The notes beneath the pieces were generated by a model that saw only the letters and a program-made list of their open reading frames with translations, did no database searches and was not told where the DNA came from. The translations under genes were made by a program, and so were the position numbers. DNA of 64,000 nt, from IMG/VR virus record IMGVR_UViG_3300042386_001493, positions 1-64,000 of that record. One strand, 5' to 3'. This document shows positions 30,399 through 40,327 of the stretch, piece after piece (the first letter of the stretch is position 1; each line of letters starts with the position of its first letter). This DNA comes from a virus (Duplodnaviria > Caudoviricetes).

Positions 30399-31718
30399 TT
30401 AGTTAAATAGGTCGGTTGATGTGAGGAAACGACCGCCCCATAGGGATTTCTGAACTTTTGAGGGTTCAAACTGCACGATCTCGCCTAGATCGCCAGACTT
30501 GCGGAAAGCGGTGTCTTGTTCTACAAGATCTACTCGCTTACCAAACTCATTAAAAACTCCCTTTACATTTTTTACTTCATCAGATACGGTCTTAACCTCA
30601 CCTGATACGGTGTCAAGAGACTTACTCAATGCAACAATTTGCTCGTGAAGAGACTTAACGGTTGTTGCTAAATCGCCAAAGGCATTTGTAAGAGAATTTT
30701 TGATTTCTGTAACTGCCTCAACAATTACTTCATCAGACTTTGCTACAACAGTTTCAGTTGCAACAACTTCTCCCTCTTCTGTTTTTTCAACAGAAGAATC
30801 TGCACTACCATCGCTAGATTTAGCAAGAGCAAGTTCTTCAACTGCTGGTGCCTCCTCAGCAACTGCAACAGTTTCTTCAACTGCTACTGGCTGTGCCTCT
30901 GGAGCGACCTTTACTTCTTCAACTGCAGTGTCAACCACTGCTTCTGTTGTTTCAGTCATAGGACTAACCTCCTTTGTAATCTTAATTGTACTAATGCCTT
31001 TAGCACTATCAACTAAGAACTTTAGTGTTTCTGTATTATTTTTGTCTCCCTTTTCAATAAAGCCAATGTTTTGCATTGCCTTTCCTGATGTAGGGCTTGT
31101 TTCGTTTTCAGACTCTGACACCATAACGATTCCAGTTTCTGAATCCCAAAACACATTTTCAATTTCTGCCTTTGAAAGATATCCACTAACAACATTTTTA
31201 CCATCTACCTTTTCGATAGATACAATGTTTGCAAATTGGTTTGCAGGATTATCAACCAACGACAACTCAAATAAATCATATTCTTTAATTACACGTATAG
31301 TTTTGCTTAGTTCTTCGTTGTATGCGTCGTCCCAATTTTTAATGTTACCGCCAATAGAAAAACCTTTGTATGTTCCGTCTAAAACCTTTTCCCATGCATC
31401 TTGTGCACCTTTTGAAACATATGCTGAAACATATACTCCACTATAAAACTTCTTAACTGATGGATCAAAATAACGATCTTCTTTAAATGATACAATTTTT
31501 CCAACTGCGGATGGTTGGTGCATCTCACGCAAGTTTCCTCTAAAATTTTTGAATGCTTCAACGCTTGACTCTGTTGTTACGATGTCGCCTTGCTTATCAA
31601 TATTATCTAAAGTAGCAAAACCAGAAACCATACGACGCTCTATGTCTACTTTACCAATAGGCATTGATAGGCGAACGCTGTCGCCAGTAGTTTCCCAATG
31701 AGCCTTATTTATTAACAT
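30399..31718 (-). CDS. Prohead protease fused to acidic scaffold domain
   Basis: VSGFAT, REMHQ, GFSIGG, ELSLVDNPAN; E/V/A-rich and coiled-coil C-terminal half. Confidence 0.88.
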   Translation of the reverse strand: MLINKAHWETTGDSVRLSMPIGKVDIERRMVSGFATLDNIDKQGDIVTTESSVEAFKNFRGNLREMHQPSAVGKIVSFKEDRYFDPSVKKFYSGVYVSAYVSKGAQDAWEKVLDGTYKGFSIGGNIKNWDDAYNEELSKTIRVIKEYDLFELSLVDNPANQFANIVSIEKVDGKNVVSGYLSKAEIENVFWDSETGIVMVSESENETSPTSGKAMQNIGFIEKGDKNNTETLKFLVDSAKGISTIKITKEVSPMTETTEAVVDTAVEEVKVAPEAQPVAVEETVAVAEEAPAVEELALAKSSDGSADSSVEKTEEGEVVATETVVAKSDEVIVEAVTEIKNSLTNAFGDLATTVKSLHEQIVALSKSLDTVSGEVKTVSDEVKNVKGVFNEFGKRVDLVEQDTAFRKSGDLGEIVQFEPSKVQKSLWGGRFLTSTDLFN

Positions 31719-31728
31719 ATCGTTATCT

Positions 31729-31737
31729 ATTATACCA
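31729..31737 (-). promoter_or_regulatory. Extended -10 TGGTATAAT
   Basis: Before the protease gene. Confidence 0.7.
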
Positions 31738-31759
31738 AATATTATTACACTTATCTCAA

Positions 31760-33355
31760 TTATTGAGATGAGCGACCTTCACCCTGTGCATTACGACCAG
31801 AGATGGTTGTAGTAGAGTCAGAATTGTTATTTGTTCGTTCTGCATCTCTTTGACGATTTCCTGCCAAATTAGCCCTTGTATCAGTTGCCTGTCTTGCAGA
31901 CATAACAAATGGCTCATCTCCATCGGCTCTTTGTGGAAGATCTAACTTTTCACGAGCCTCATTTGGAGTCATAACCTGTGTTTTTACATAACGCTCAATA
32001 ATTTGAGATTGAGCAATTTCATCTGTAAGTGTTAGTTCATTAAACTTAAGTTCAAGGATATCTGTTTTTTCACGAATAATTTTATTAACAACCTTTTCAA
32101 GATGCTTTTGTGCTGGACGAGATACTTGCTCTTTAAAGGTACGATCTTGTGATAATGCCGCTGCAATTCCAGAATCTGCTCCACCAAGTTTAGAGATTGG
32201 AACCTGATGTGCAATTAGGATATCATCACGATTTTGTTTGCGATATTCTTTAAATGATCCTTCTTGAATACCGTTTTCAATTGGCTCCATCTTAAACTCA
32301 ACCTTATTGTTTTCAGTATCTCCAGGAAGTGGGATATAAAGAGTTCTATGTGATTGAGATTTTAGTCCTGTTTGTAAAAATCTAAACATCTTGTCTTCAC
32401 CGTCAGATGATAATTTTGCACCCTTTAAGGTTACGATGTATCTAGGAACTGCCTTGTTTTCAAAGTAGTCAATGTTGTATTGTGATGCTAATTGATCACC
32501 AATAAGTGATGGCATAGCAGCAACAATGTCTGGAATACCATAAAATGTATTTAATGGAGAGTATTCTTTATAGTGAATAATCTCATTTGGACGTGCATCA
32601 TTAGTCATTGGGTTTGGATTTTTAGCACCAAAGTTTCTAAAATAAACTACTGAGTTGCCAATAATTTGAACAAAGCCATCATGTAAACGACGAACACGAA
32701 CAGTGGTTGCAGGTATATGACCAACGTAGCCAATTTCACCAGTTACAGTTCTACCAATTTCAATAAACCCATTACCAGTTGCTTGAACATCTGTATAAAA
32801 TTTTTCCATAGTCTTAGTAAATGAATCATCATCGTTAAGGTTTTCTAGCCAATCCTTTAACTCAAGTTTCATTCTTTCAATTCTGTTACGAGCACGATCA
32901 ACTGCTGCTTGATCTTCATTCATTTCAAACCTAAGCATTGTTCTATCTGCAATATCAAAACGGTATCCAAGACCAACTACGTTTTCTACCTTAGCATCAA
33001 TAGCAGCATGATTAGCAAATGATGTGTCATAGAAGTTGGCTAACTCATACATGTTATATGGTGGAGTAATTACGTCAAATAGTCCGTAACCATTTCTATA
33101 TACCGTGCCAGGATTAATAGCCTTTGATCCTGCATCTACTCCAGATGGTGTAGCATTAGCAGAATCTAAATATTCATTTGTTGCAAAGTTCATTGCCTTT
33201 GTAACATTTCTTGCAGTTTTTCTACGGAAATTTTGTTCTAACCCTGTAAAATCTTTTAATGTATCCCAAGTTTTATTAAATGGGTCTTGTTGTGAAAATG
33301 GATTGTCATTTTTTTCTTGTGTGTTTAATCCAACTCTTACGTATTCTTCACTCAT
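31760..33355 (-). CDS. Portal protein
   Basis: TGNGFIE, NEIIH, FYGIPD, YFENKAVPR, MTPNEAREKLDLP. Confidence 0.92.
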   Translation of the reverse strand: MSEEYVRVGLNTQEKNDNPFSQQDPFNKTWDTLKDFTGLEQNFRRKTARNVTKAMNFATNEYLDSANATPSGVDAGSKAINPGTVYRNGYGLFDVITPPYNMYELANFYDTSFANHAAIDAKVENVVGLGYRFDIADRTMLRFEMNEDQAAVDRARNRIERMKLELKDWLENLNDDDSFTKTMEKFYTDVQATGNGFIEIGRTVTGEIGYVGHIPATTVRVRRLHDGFVQIIGNSVVYFRNFGAKNPNPMTNDARPNEIIHYKEYSPLNTFYGIPDIVAAMPSLIGDQLASQYNIDYFENKAVPRYIVTLKGAKLSSDGEDKMFRFLQTGLKSQSHRTLYIPLPGDTENNKVEFKMEPIENGIQEGSFKEYRKQNRDDILIAHQVPISKLGGADSGIAAALSQDRTFKEQVSRPAQKHLEKVVNKIIREKTDILELKFNELTLTDEIAQSQIIERYVKTQVMTPNEAREKLDLPQRADGDEPFVMSARQATDTRANLAGNRQRDAERTNNNSDSTTTISGRNAQGEGRSSQ

Positions 33356-33719
33356 CATTACCATACTTATCATAGGTTTGTCGTGCTGCTACCCAAGCAC
33401 CATGATCATTCATGGAAGGAATTAAGCCATTCTTCATTCTATCTAGTTGTTCAGAATGCTCTTCCTCGCTAATTCTTGTAAGTCCAGGAACAAATACTGC
33501 ACTTCCTTCACCGTCATCACCGTAATGAATAGCAACTTTTTTTAATTCTGAAATTTTTGTAATATCACCACGCTCTGCTGGTATGTTTAATATGCTACCA
33601 GAGCCATCTGTAAACCATGAACCATCTGACTTTTTGTACACGTAAAGACCCCAATTGTAATCTTTTTCTATTACTTTGCGTCGGACATTGCCAACTTTTT
33701 TAAGAATATCGTTATTCAT
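33348..33719 (-). CDS. Hypothetical protein upstream of portal
   Basis: Overlaps the portal start; ATG at 33719 lies 7 nt from a -10 element. Confidence 0.7.
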   Translation of the reverse strand: MNNDILKKVGNVRRKVIEKDYNWGLYVYKKSDGSWFTDGSGSILNIPAERGDITKISELKKVAIHYGDDGEGSAVFVPGLTRISEEEHSEQLDRMKNGLIPSMNDHGAWVAARQTYDKYGNDE

Positions 33720-33726
33720 AACCATC

Positions 33727-33735
33727 AGTATAGCA
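33727..33735 (-). promoter_or_regulatory. Extended -10 TGCTATACT
   Basis: 7 nt before ATG 33719. Confidence 0.65.
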
Positions 33736-33737
33736 TA

Positions 33738-36700
33738 TTATAGGGCTGAAGCGACAGTCGTTGACCAAGTTACAGCCTGATATATTTGCATTTTGTCTGA
33801 GTCTACACTTAAACCACTTTCATCATCAAATATTATTTTATTAGTGCCTAGGTATGCTCGATAGATGTCTCCTGGATTTACTCCATACAAGTTTGATGAT
33901 CCTATAACCAATGTTTCATACCAAGTTTTATTTGTTTGCCAATAGGACCACGTAAAGTTAATGGCATCCTCTGTTTTTACCCTAAGCCAAGGTCTTGTAA
34001 CTGTTCCCTGAATTTGTTGTAAATTATTTGCTTGATAGTATGCCACATTATTAAAGAGTACAGGGCCATTAATATTAATTGCTCCTAAAAATTCATCAAA
34101 ATTAAGTGCGGTAGAAAAAAATATTCCAAGAACTCCCCACTCTTTAGAAGTAAGGATTGGCTCTCTAACCTCTAGACCATTCCAATAATATTGAAAATCA
34201 TCAACTATTTGACCAGTTGAAAGACTTTTTGCAAAAACTCTTGCTCTTGATCCAGTGTCACTATCTGCTACTATGTAAAATTTAAAGGTATCTTCCTTGT
34301 AAATAATTTCAAACAATTCTGTTGGAACTGGTGGAAACTCATCTTCTGAATATCTAAGCCAAAGTTGTACTGCACTAACAAGATAATCTGAAGACAATGC
34401 CTGATTTATTGGTAAAGAAATACCACGATCTTCTAAAGAAAGAATATCTCCACGAACTTGAATTCCAGAGTCTTTTGTTAAATAAAGGTATGGCGTAGTG
34501 CCTTTATAAATAGTAAAAGGGTTTTTAGATTTATAGTCATAATAAATTCCTGAACGTTTATAGGGAAATAAGTCAACTCCAAATCTTGTTCCAACAGGAT
34601 TAAACGAGTTATCATTAAATGCTTGAGAGGCAAGTTGAAGTCTATTTAATAGAATTGGTTTATTTAATATTCCCCGTACTTTAAATTCTAAATGATAAAC
34701 AATTGCGAGATCATTAAAATCTACAGTTTTACTTGGATAAACTATTGCATTATTTACAACTTCAAACTTTGTTGTTTCCCAATTTTCATATTCATCTACA
34801 TCAATAATGGAGTCACGTAAAACTGGTTGAGTAATGGTAAAATCACTATCTAATAAGTTAGCACCATCTTCGATATATTGAAAAGTTAAATAACATCTAA
34901 CTGCAGAATCCGTGGTGTCATATTTATAAGTTTTTACAGCATTCTGATTGGCATCTTCGTAGTTATTCCATCCAGTTAGTAGTTGATTGTCAAATTGATA
35001 GTATGTTTGTTGAGTTGGTTGAAAATAATTTTGATATAAATCTGCGTAAGTCCAGGCTGAAACAGTTTCATTTTCTATTAAAGAGGTTGGTGACGGAACG
35101 CCTACGTTAAACTGTAAAAAATCTAAATCATAAAATTGATTGCCAACGTCATTGGTTACAAACTGAGCAAAATAAGAAAGCGGCAGATAGTCTTGCCAAG
35201 ATCCAGAGACGCCTATATCTAAAAAGTAAGAATCATAATTTTCTATAGGTAGTAGGGTGTAACTTGATAAATGATTAAATAATGCAATAGCATTCTCTTC
35301 TTCTGTGATACCAGAAACAGACATGTCGTCAAAAATTGCTATACCATCAGAATTAAAATAATCAGATATAAGGGTTGTATTTTTTGTTGTAGCAAACCCA
35401 ACAGAATACATTTTTCCTAAAAAGGTTTTGCTTAAAGAGCCATCTCCACCTATATAAACTTTAAGTGAATTTCGACTACCAAAAAACGTAGAGACATTTC
35501 CGCCAAAAGTTTCTATTAATAACTCTATATTAATACCTGCAGAAAATAATTGATGGGATTCAATAACTTCAGATGTATATATTACTTGGTTGATATCGTT
35601 ATAGTATAGGTTATATGTAATTACATTTTGATCTTGTTCAATTGAAAAATAATTATTGTTTAAAGAATTATAAATTTTAAACAAGGTTTGATTAGAGTTA
35701 AGGTTGTGATTACTAAATACACCGTAAAAACAATCAACCTTAGTATTTAGAATATTAAAATTATCAAAGTTAAGGTAGCAAGTTTTTGTATTCCAAGAAC
35801 TATTAGGCCTAAAGGTTATAAAGGTTTCATCATCAATTGGTCCAGAAACGCTATTTTGAATTGACTTATTATCTTCATACAGTTCGGTTAAAGTTTTATC
35901 TGATAAAAAAATTTCTGGAAGTTCGTATTCAGGAGTTCTTAAAACTTTTGTTGTTGTTGTTAAATTATCAAAAGACCCTTGTTGCCATTGAGCAAAATCT
36001 GGATAACTGTAGTTAGCGGTGTAATCTGCAAAAGAATAATCAATAAATGCAGATGTTCCTCCGTAAGAAGAGTTAATTCCTTCTGGAGAAATAACTCCTT
36101 GTCCATAAACCCATCTCCTTTTTGCTACATTTATAGGAACCTGATAAGAATAAATAGCAACACAGTCTATATCAATTGGAGTAATATCGTTATATGCATA
36201 AAATCCTAGCCAGTCTTGGCTTTTATTTGATTCATTACGTTCTTCTGGTAGTTCAAGGTTATCAGTTTCAATTGTTAAAGATATAACTTCTTCTCCATTT
36301 AAAATTAAACTTGCAGCATTTCTAATTAATCTAATTTGAATAAGCATTGGCCTAAACCATTCTCCAACAAAATGAGAAGAAAAGTTTTTACCTATTACTA
36401 ATGTTAAAAATCCATTATCAGCATAAAGACCATCTTCTGATGCTATTGGACCAAATATTTTTTTAGAAGTAGGAGAGTCTGAATTTATTCTTGCCCAAAA
36501 CTCTACGGTGTAGTCTTTATACTGACCAACTTTATTTAAAAACCCTTTTCCTGGAACAATTAAGGATGGTTCTCCGCTAGGATTTGCTCTAAGAGTTGTT
36601 ATATTTGATGCTCCATAAACTAAAGGTATGCTTGTATTTTTTGCAAAAAGACTATTATCTGAAACTATATGATAGGCATTATCAAGAACATTGTTTCCAG

Positions 36701-37385
36701 ACACTCCGTAGGCTGGTGAAGGAATTACTTGATCTGAAGTTAATGCTATTTCCGCTGGCATTGATATTGGGACAACCCCAAGTGATTGATAATTAAATTC
36801 TTCAGACCATTGACCAACGCTGACTCCATTTATATAATACAAATAGTCAGAGGATGTTGCACCACCAGTTTGAGAAGTTATTTTTATTACAACCCTAAGT
36901 GTTGTATTTTCACTGACTATTTCTGAAGTTTGTGAAACAAAAACCCAAGAATTTTCTGTAAGATTTTCATAAGTTTTTAATTTTTGGACTACACTTGCTG
37001 TTGTTGTGTCTGTGTATTCAAAACCAATAGATATAGAGTTTATGTGTACGCTGTCAACGTATATGTGAGCACCTACACAAAATGTACCAAGATCTGCATT
37101 TAAGTCTGAAAAGTTTACTAACTCTGGGCTGATGCAAACAATATCTGCAGTTGCTCCTGCAGGAACAGTTCCTAATAGTTTATTTACTTTTACTGTAGAA
37201 AATGGTGCGTCTACGTCTGATGTTTCTAAAGAGGCGGTTGCTCCACTTACCGTCCAAAAACTTTGAATATCCTGATAGTTTAAATTAAATAAACTTATAT
37301 AGTCAACAGTTTGATCCAAAGCCCATAGCGCCAGAGGATGCTCAGAAAATATCTTTTCTGCATATAAGTTAGACGGGTTGGCCAT
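33738..37385 (-). CDS. Large virion protein with carbohydrate-binding/LamG-like domains
   Basis: SEHPLALWALD and YTVEFW...LILNGEEV...IDCVAIY concanavalin/LamG-like pattern; 1215 aa. Confidence 0.6.
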   Translation of the reverse strand: MANPSNLYAEKIFSEHPLALWALDQTVDYISLFNLNYQDIQSFWTVSGATASLETSDVDAPFSTVKVNKLLGTVPAGATADIVCISPELVNFSDLNADLGTFCVGAHIYVDSVHINSISIGFEYTDTTTASVVQKLKTYENLTENSWVFVSQTSEIVSENTTLRVVIKITSQTGGATSSDYLYYINGVSVGQWSEEFNYQSLGVVPISMPAEIALTSDQVIPSPAYGVSGNNVLDNAYHIVSDNSLFAKNTSIPLVYGASNITTLRANPSGEPSLIVPGKGFLNKVGQYKDYTVEFWARINSDSPTSKKIFGPIASEDGLYADNGFLTLVIGKNFSSHFVGEWFRPMLIQIRLIRNAASLILNGEEVISLTIETDNLELPEERNESNKSQDWLGFYAYNDITPIDIDCVAIYSYQVPINVAKRRWVYGQGVISPEGINSSYGGTSAFIDYSFADYTANYSYPDFAQWQQGSFDNLTTTTKVLRTPEYELPEIFLSDKTLTELYEDNKSIQNSVSGPIDDETFITFRPNSSWNTKTCYLNFDNFNILNTKVDCFYGVFSNHNLNSNQTLFKIYNSLNNNYFSIEQDQNVITYNLYYNDINQVIYTSEVIESHQLFSAGINIELLIETFGGNVSTFFGSRNSLKVYIGGDGSLSKTFLGKMYSVGFATTKNTTLISDYFNSDGIAIFDDMSVSGITEEENAIALFNHLSSYTLLPIENYDSYFLDIGVSGSWQDYLPLSYFAQFVTNDVGNQFYDLDFLQFNVGVPSPTSLIENETVSAWTYADLYQNYFQPTQQTYYQFDNQLLTGWNNYEDANQNAVKTYKYDTTDSAVRCYLTFQYIEDGANLLDSDFTITQPVLRDSIIDVDEYENWETTKFEVVNNAIVYPSKTVDFNDLAIVYHLEFKVRGILNKPILLNRLQLASQAFNDNSFNPVGTRFGVDLFPYKRSGIYYDYKSKNPFTIYKGTTPYLYLTKDSGIQVRGDILSLEDRGISLPINQALSSDYLVSAVQLWLRYSEDEFPPVPTELFEIIYKEDTFKFYIVADSDTGSRARVFAKSLSTGQIVDDFQYYWNGLEVREPILTSKEWGVLGIFFSTALNFDEFLGAININGPVLFNNVAYYQANNLQQIQGTVTRPWLRVKTEDAINFTWSYWQTNKTWYETLVIGSSNLYGVNPGDIYRAYLGTNKIIFDDESGLSVDSDKMQIYQAVTWSTTVASAL

Positions 37386-37402
37386 AGTTCTCCTATCCTC
37401 TT

Positions 37403-37411
37403 ATTATAGCA
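37403..37411 (-). promoter_or_regulatory. Extended -10 TGCTATAAT
   Basis: Intergenic, before 37385. Confidence 0.7.
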
Positions 37412-37420
37412 GGATGAAGG

Positions 37421-39454
37421 CTAGTATAATTTAATTTCGCAAGCGTCTGTTGAGCAATACTTTTCAGACTCTGCGTCAAGATTATCCTTGCCATCATAGA
37501 TAGCGGACCAATCAATTTTACCAATTTTTCCAACGTAAGAGTTATATTCTTCTCTTGTAATATTTGTATATGGTTGTTGAGGATAAGTTTTATTACCCAT
37601 CGGCAGAAATGAAACTGCCTTTAATTGACCTTCATACATGTGTAATGCTGGAGCAATATGCTTAGTCTCAGATTCCTTGTCAAATGATAAAGTTACAGAT
37701 ACTCCATTGTCAGACCAATACTTTTGAGCGGTAGCAGCCAAACCAATCTTTTCAAAAAGACTTACATCTTTTTCAGAACGAGGATGTCCAGATGCTACTG
37801 GGAAATATACTACTGAAGTGTTTGCAGATACTACGTCATCTTCAATTTTATACCCTGCCGCTTTAAATAAATGCACCATTGGATCTGTATTGCCAAACCT
37901 TATAGCACGAAGATAGAATTCTCCTCCTGGACCCCAATGAACTCCTGGTGTTGCACCAGATAATAGGGAAACAGATCCTGAAGGTTTGACGGTAGTTACA
38001 CGAATTGACTCACGTACACATAGCCATTCTGAGTATGAGTGATCGTATGCACGAATCTTTTTATACCCTTCGTCCATCCACTCACGAATTACTGGCATAC
38101 CTTTTGTGTCTGCAAATGATGCAATACCAGTTAGAGATGTTCCAATACGACGATTACGTTGCATAATTCCATTTGTGGTTTGCCAATGTGTTGGCATAAG
38201 TGTAACGGTCTTACCATATAGATATGCAAACTTTAGTGTACGAAGAAAATCTTCTTTGTCTTCATGACGGTTTAAATGAACTTCTACAAGTGTGCATAAC
38301 TCATAACTTTCTAATGGTTGTTCAGCGCAAGGATTAAATCCCATAACACGAGAATCTTTATAGTCTGCAGGATCTGCTAGTCTTCCATAATCTCTAGCAA
38401 CGTCTAGCCAAATAAATCCTGGCTCACCATTGTCTGCAATTAAATTAACATAGTCTTCATATTTTGTTCCAACCTCTGCAGCAATAGAATTATTAGACAT
38501 CCATGCCCATCCTGGATTTTCTGAATCAAATGAGTTTCTGTCTGGAAAAACCTCTGCATTTTTTAAATTAATAAAATCTTTGTCTTCTGGTAATCCTAAA
38601 GCCAAGGTAGCAGAACGACGAACATTTCCAGAAACAACACATGTACCAATAAGGTTAACAATATCTACAATTGCACGAGAATCAAGTTTTTCTCCTGCTC
38701 TACCGCCGATTACTGCGTCTATCTTGTTATGTAGTGCAATGAGTGGTGCTGGACCGCTAGCAACCCCTCCAAAGCCTTTTATAGGGGCACCTAGAGGACG
38801 GATAAGGTCGTAGTTAAACTTTTGTATAGCCTGATTAGGACGTAGGTATGAGTTTAATAACATTCTTACAGAGTCTACCCAACCTTCACGAGTATCTGGA
38901 ATTTCCCATACATTTTCTGGCTCTGTAGGAGCATTAATAGTGATTTCTTTGTCTTGACCGACGGTATCAAAACCTACACCTATACCTAACATTAAAGCAT
39001 CCATAACCCAAGCAAACAATGCTCCTGGATCATTACGATCAATATCACGAGTAGACACCATTGCACAGTTTTGTAGAGAAGCAGAGTTGCGCTTTTCCAT
39101 AGTCATAGGAGTTCCAAATGCCCAAAGACCTCTACCTGGCGGAGTCCATTTTAAATTAAACATACGGTCATATGCTTCTTGAGCAGATTTTTGACTCTTG
39201 TTATCGTTCCACGGTAGACGATTATCTTTAGCGTGGTTTTTTTGTACTGAGTACATTCCTTCAATTACCCGCTTACAAACCTCATGCCATCTTTCTTTTG
39301 TTCCGTCTTCTTTCATACGAGAGTATGTGCGTATAAACGTAATTTCTCCTAATGAATTAGAGCCTGCGTCTGAGAATCCAAAGGGTGCAGGAGTTAATGA
39401 GTACTTTGTTACAAAGTCCTCTGATAGACGAAATGAGAATACGCTTTCTGACAT
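37421..39454 (-). CDS. nrdJ: Class II (adenosylcobalamin-dependent, monomeric-type) ribonucleotide reductase
   Basis: RTYSR, PPGRGLW, SLQNC, VSGNVRRSA, NPCAEQ..LCTL, TVKPSGS, C-terminal CSTDAC; no small-subunit gene nearby. Confidence 0.93.
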   Translation of the reverse strand: MSESVFSFRLSEDFVTKYSLTPAPFGFSDAGSNSLGEITFIRTYSRMKEDGTKERWHEVCKRVIEGMYSVQKNHAKDNRLPWNDNKSQKSAQEAYDRMFNLKWTPPGRGLWAFGTPMTMEKRNSASLQNCAMVSTRDIDRNDPGALFAWVMDALMLGIGVGFDTVGQDKEITINAPTEPENVWEIPDTREGWVDSVRMLLNSYLRPNQAIQKFNYDLIRPLGAPIKGFGGVASGPAPLIALHNKIDAVIGGRAGEKLDSRAIVDIVNLIGTCVVSGNVRRSATLALGLPEDKDFINLKNAEVFPDRNSFDSENPGWAWMSNNSIAAEVGTKYEDYVNLIADNGEPGFIWLDVARDYGRLADPADYKDSRVMGFNPCAEQPLESYELCTLVEVHLNRHEDKEDFLRTLKFAYLYGKTVTLMPTHWQTTNGIMQRNRRIGTSLTGIASFADTKGMPVIREWMDEGYKKIRAYDHSYSEWLCVRESIRVTTVKPSGSVSLLSGATPGVHWGPGGEFYLRAIRFGNTDPMVHLFKAAGYKIEDDVVSANTSVVYFPVASGHPRSEKDVSLFEKIGLAATAQKYWSDNGVSVTLSFDKESETKHIAPALHMYEGQLKAVSFLPMGNKTYPQQPYTNITREEYNSYVGKIGKIDWSAIYDGKDNLDAESEKYCSTDACEIKLY

Positions 39455-39515
39455 TTATTATTTACCTTTCATAGCAAAATTGAGTGAGTACTTCTTATTT
39501 TACGAAGTGGTCTTA

Positions 39516-39524
39516 AGTATATCA
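39516..39524 (-). promoter_or_regulatory. Extended -10 TGATATACT
   Basis: Upstream of nrdJ. Confidence 0.6.
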
Positions 39525-39631
39525 CAAATTTAAAAAGAAAAACACGCTTAAAAAAATATGTAAATCTTTTGTTGAGGGTTAGTGCTTTTGTTTTTTTAAA
39601 GTCTATATGTTATTTATAATGCTTGTTTTTA

Positions 39632-39640
39632 TGGTATAAT
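39632..39640 (+). promoter_or_regulatory. Extended -10 TGGTATAAT
   Basis: Upstream of the + strand gene at 39671. Confidence 0.7.
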
Positions 39641-39670
39641 TATAGAAAGTTTACCACAGCGGAGGTGCCT

Positions 39671-40327
39671 ATGAATAATGTTTGGATAGTAGTTCCAGTT
39701 ATTTCTAACGATATTGATTTAACATCATATGTTGATAGACTATCTGGCGGCTATACCGCCCCAGAAACATATGAAAAAACTGTTTTTAACCCTGAAACAC
39801 AAGCAAGTGAAAAAGAAGATGTGGCTCATCCATATGCTGGTCAAGTGTCACATGATTTTTCAAATAAAATTATTTTTGTAAACAAAGTAGACGGGTACGG
39901 CGAGTATGAAGGCGTAGTTCATTTGGAAGATTTTAATGATATAGGCATATATCGTTATTGGAATACTGGACTAGAGTATGCTTTTGCAAATGGGGCAGAC
40001 TCAGTAATCTTAACAAATGGTGTTTTTGAATTTGATCCATTTGTAATTAAAGAAGCATATGATGAATTTTCTAAGGGTGAATCAGAGGTTATAAATATCT
40101 CTGATGGGGCTATGTTGTTAGTTTCATCATCTTCTAGCCTACGTGCTGATGAGCAATTTCAAATATGGTTTGGTGATAATGATTTTTATCGTAGAGCAGA
40201 GCCTGTATTAGGATATTCTCGTTCAGAATATTTATGGGGAGATTATTTAATTGATTCTAGTTCTACCGAATCTTTTGATAGCATTGTTGCTTCTGATCAA
40301 GTAAAATATAATGCTAAGTGGAACTAA
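39671..40327 (+). CDS. GT2-like glycosyltransferase homologue, possibly degenerate
   Basis: WIVVPV, WNTGLEYA, LRADEQFQIWFGDNDF; expected NDD/DxD reads TNG; GGAGG RBS before ATG 39671. Confidence 0.55.
   Translation: MNNVWIVVPVISNDIDLTSYVDRLSGGYTAPETYEKTVFNPETQASEKEDVAHPYAGQVSHDFSNKIIFVNKVDGYGEYEGVVHLEDFNDIGIYRYWNTGLEYAFANGADSVILTNGVFEFDPFVIKEAYDEFSKGESEVINISDGAMLLVSSSSSLRADEQFQIWFGDNDFYRRAEPVLGYSRSEYLWGDYLIDSSSTESFDSIVASDQVKYNAKWN

Noticed and set aside
39455-39630. Cobalamin riboswitch upstream of nrdJ
   Set aside because: The leader after the predicted promoter is only about 55 nt, AT-rich, and has no B12-box
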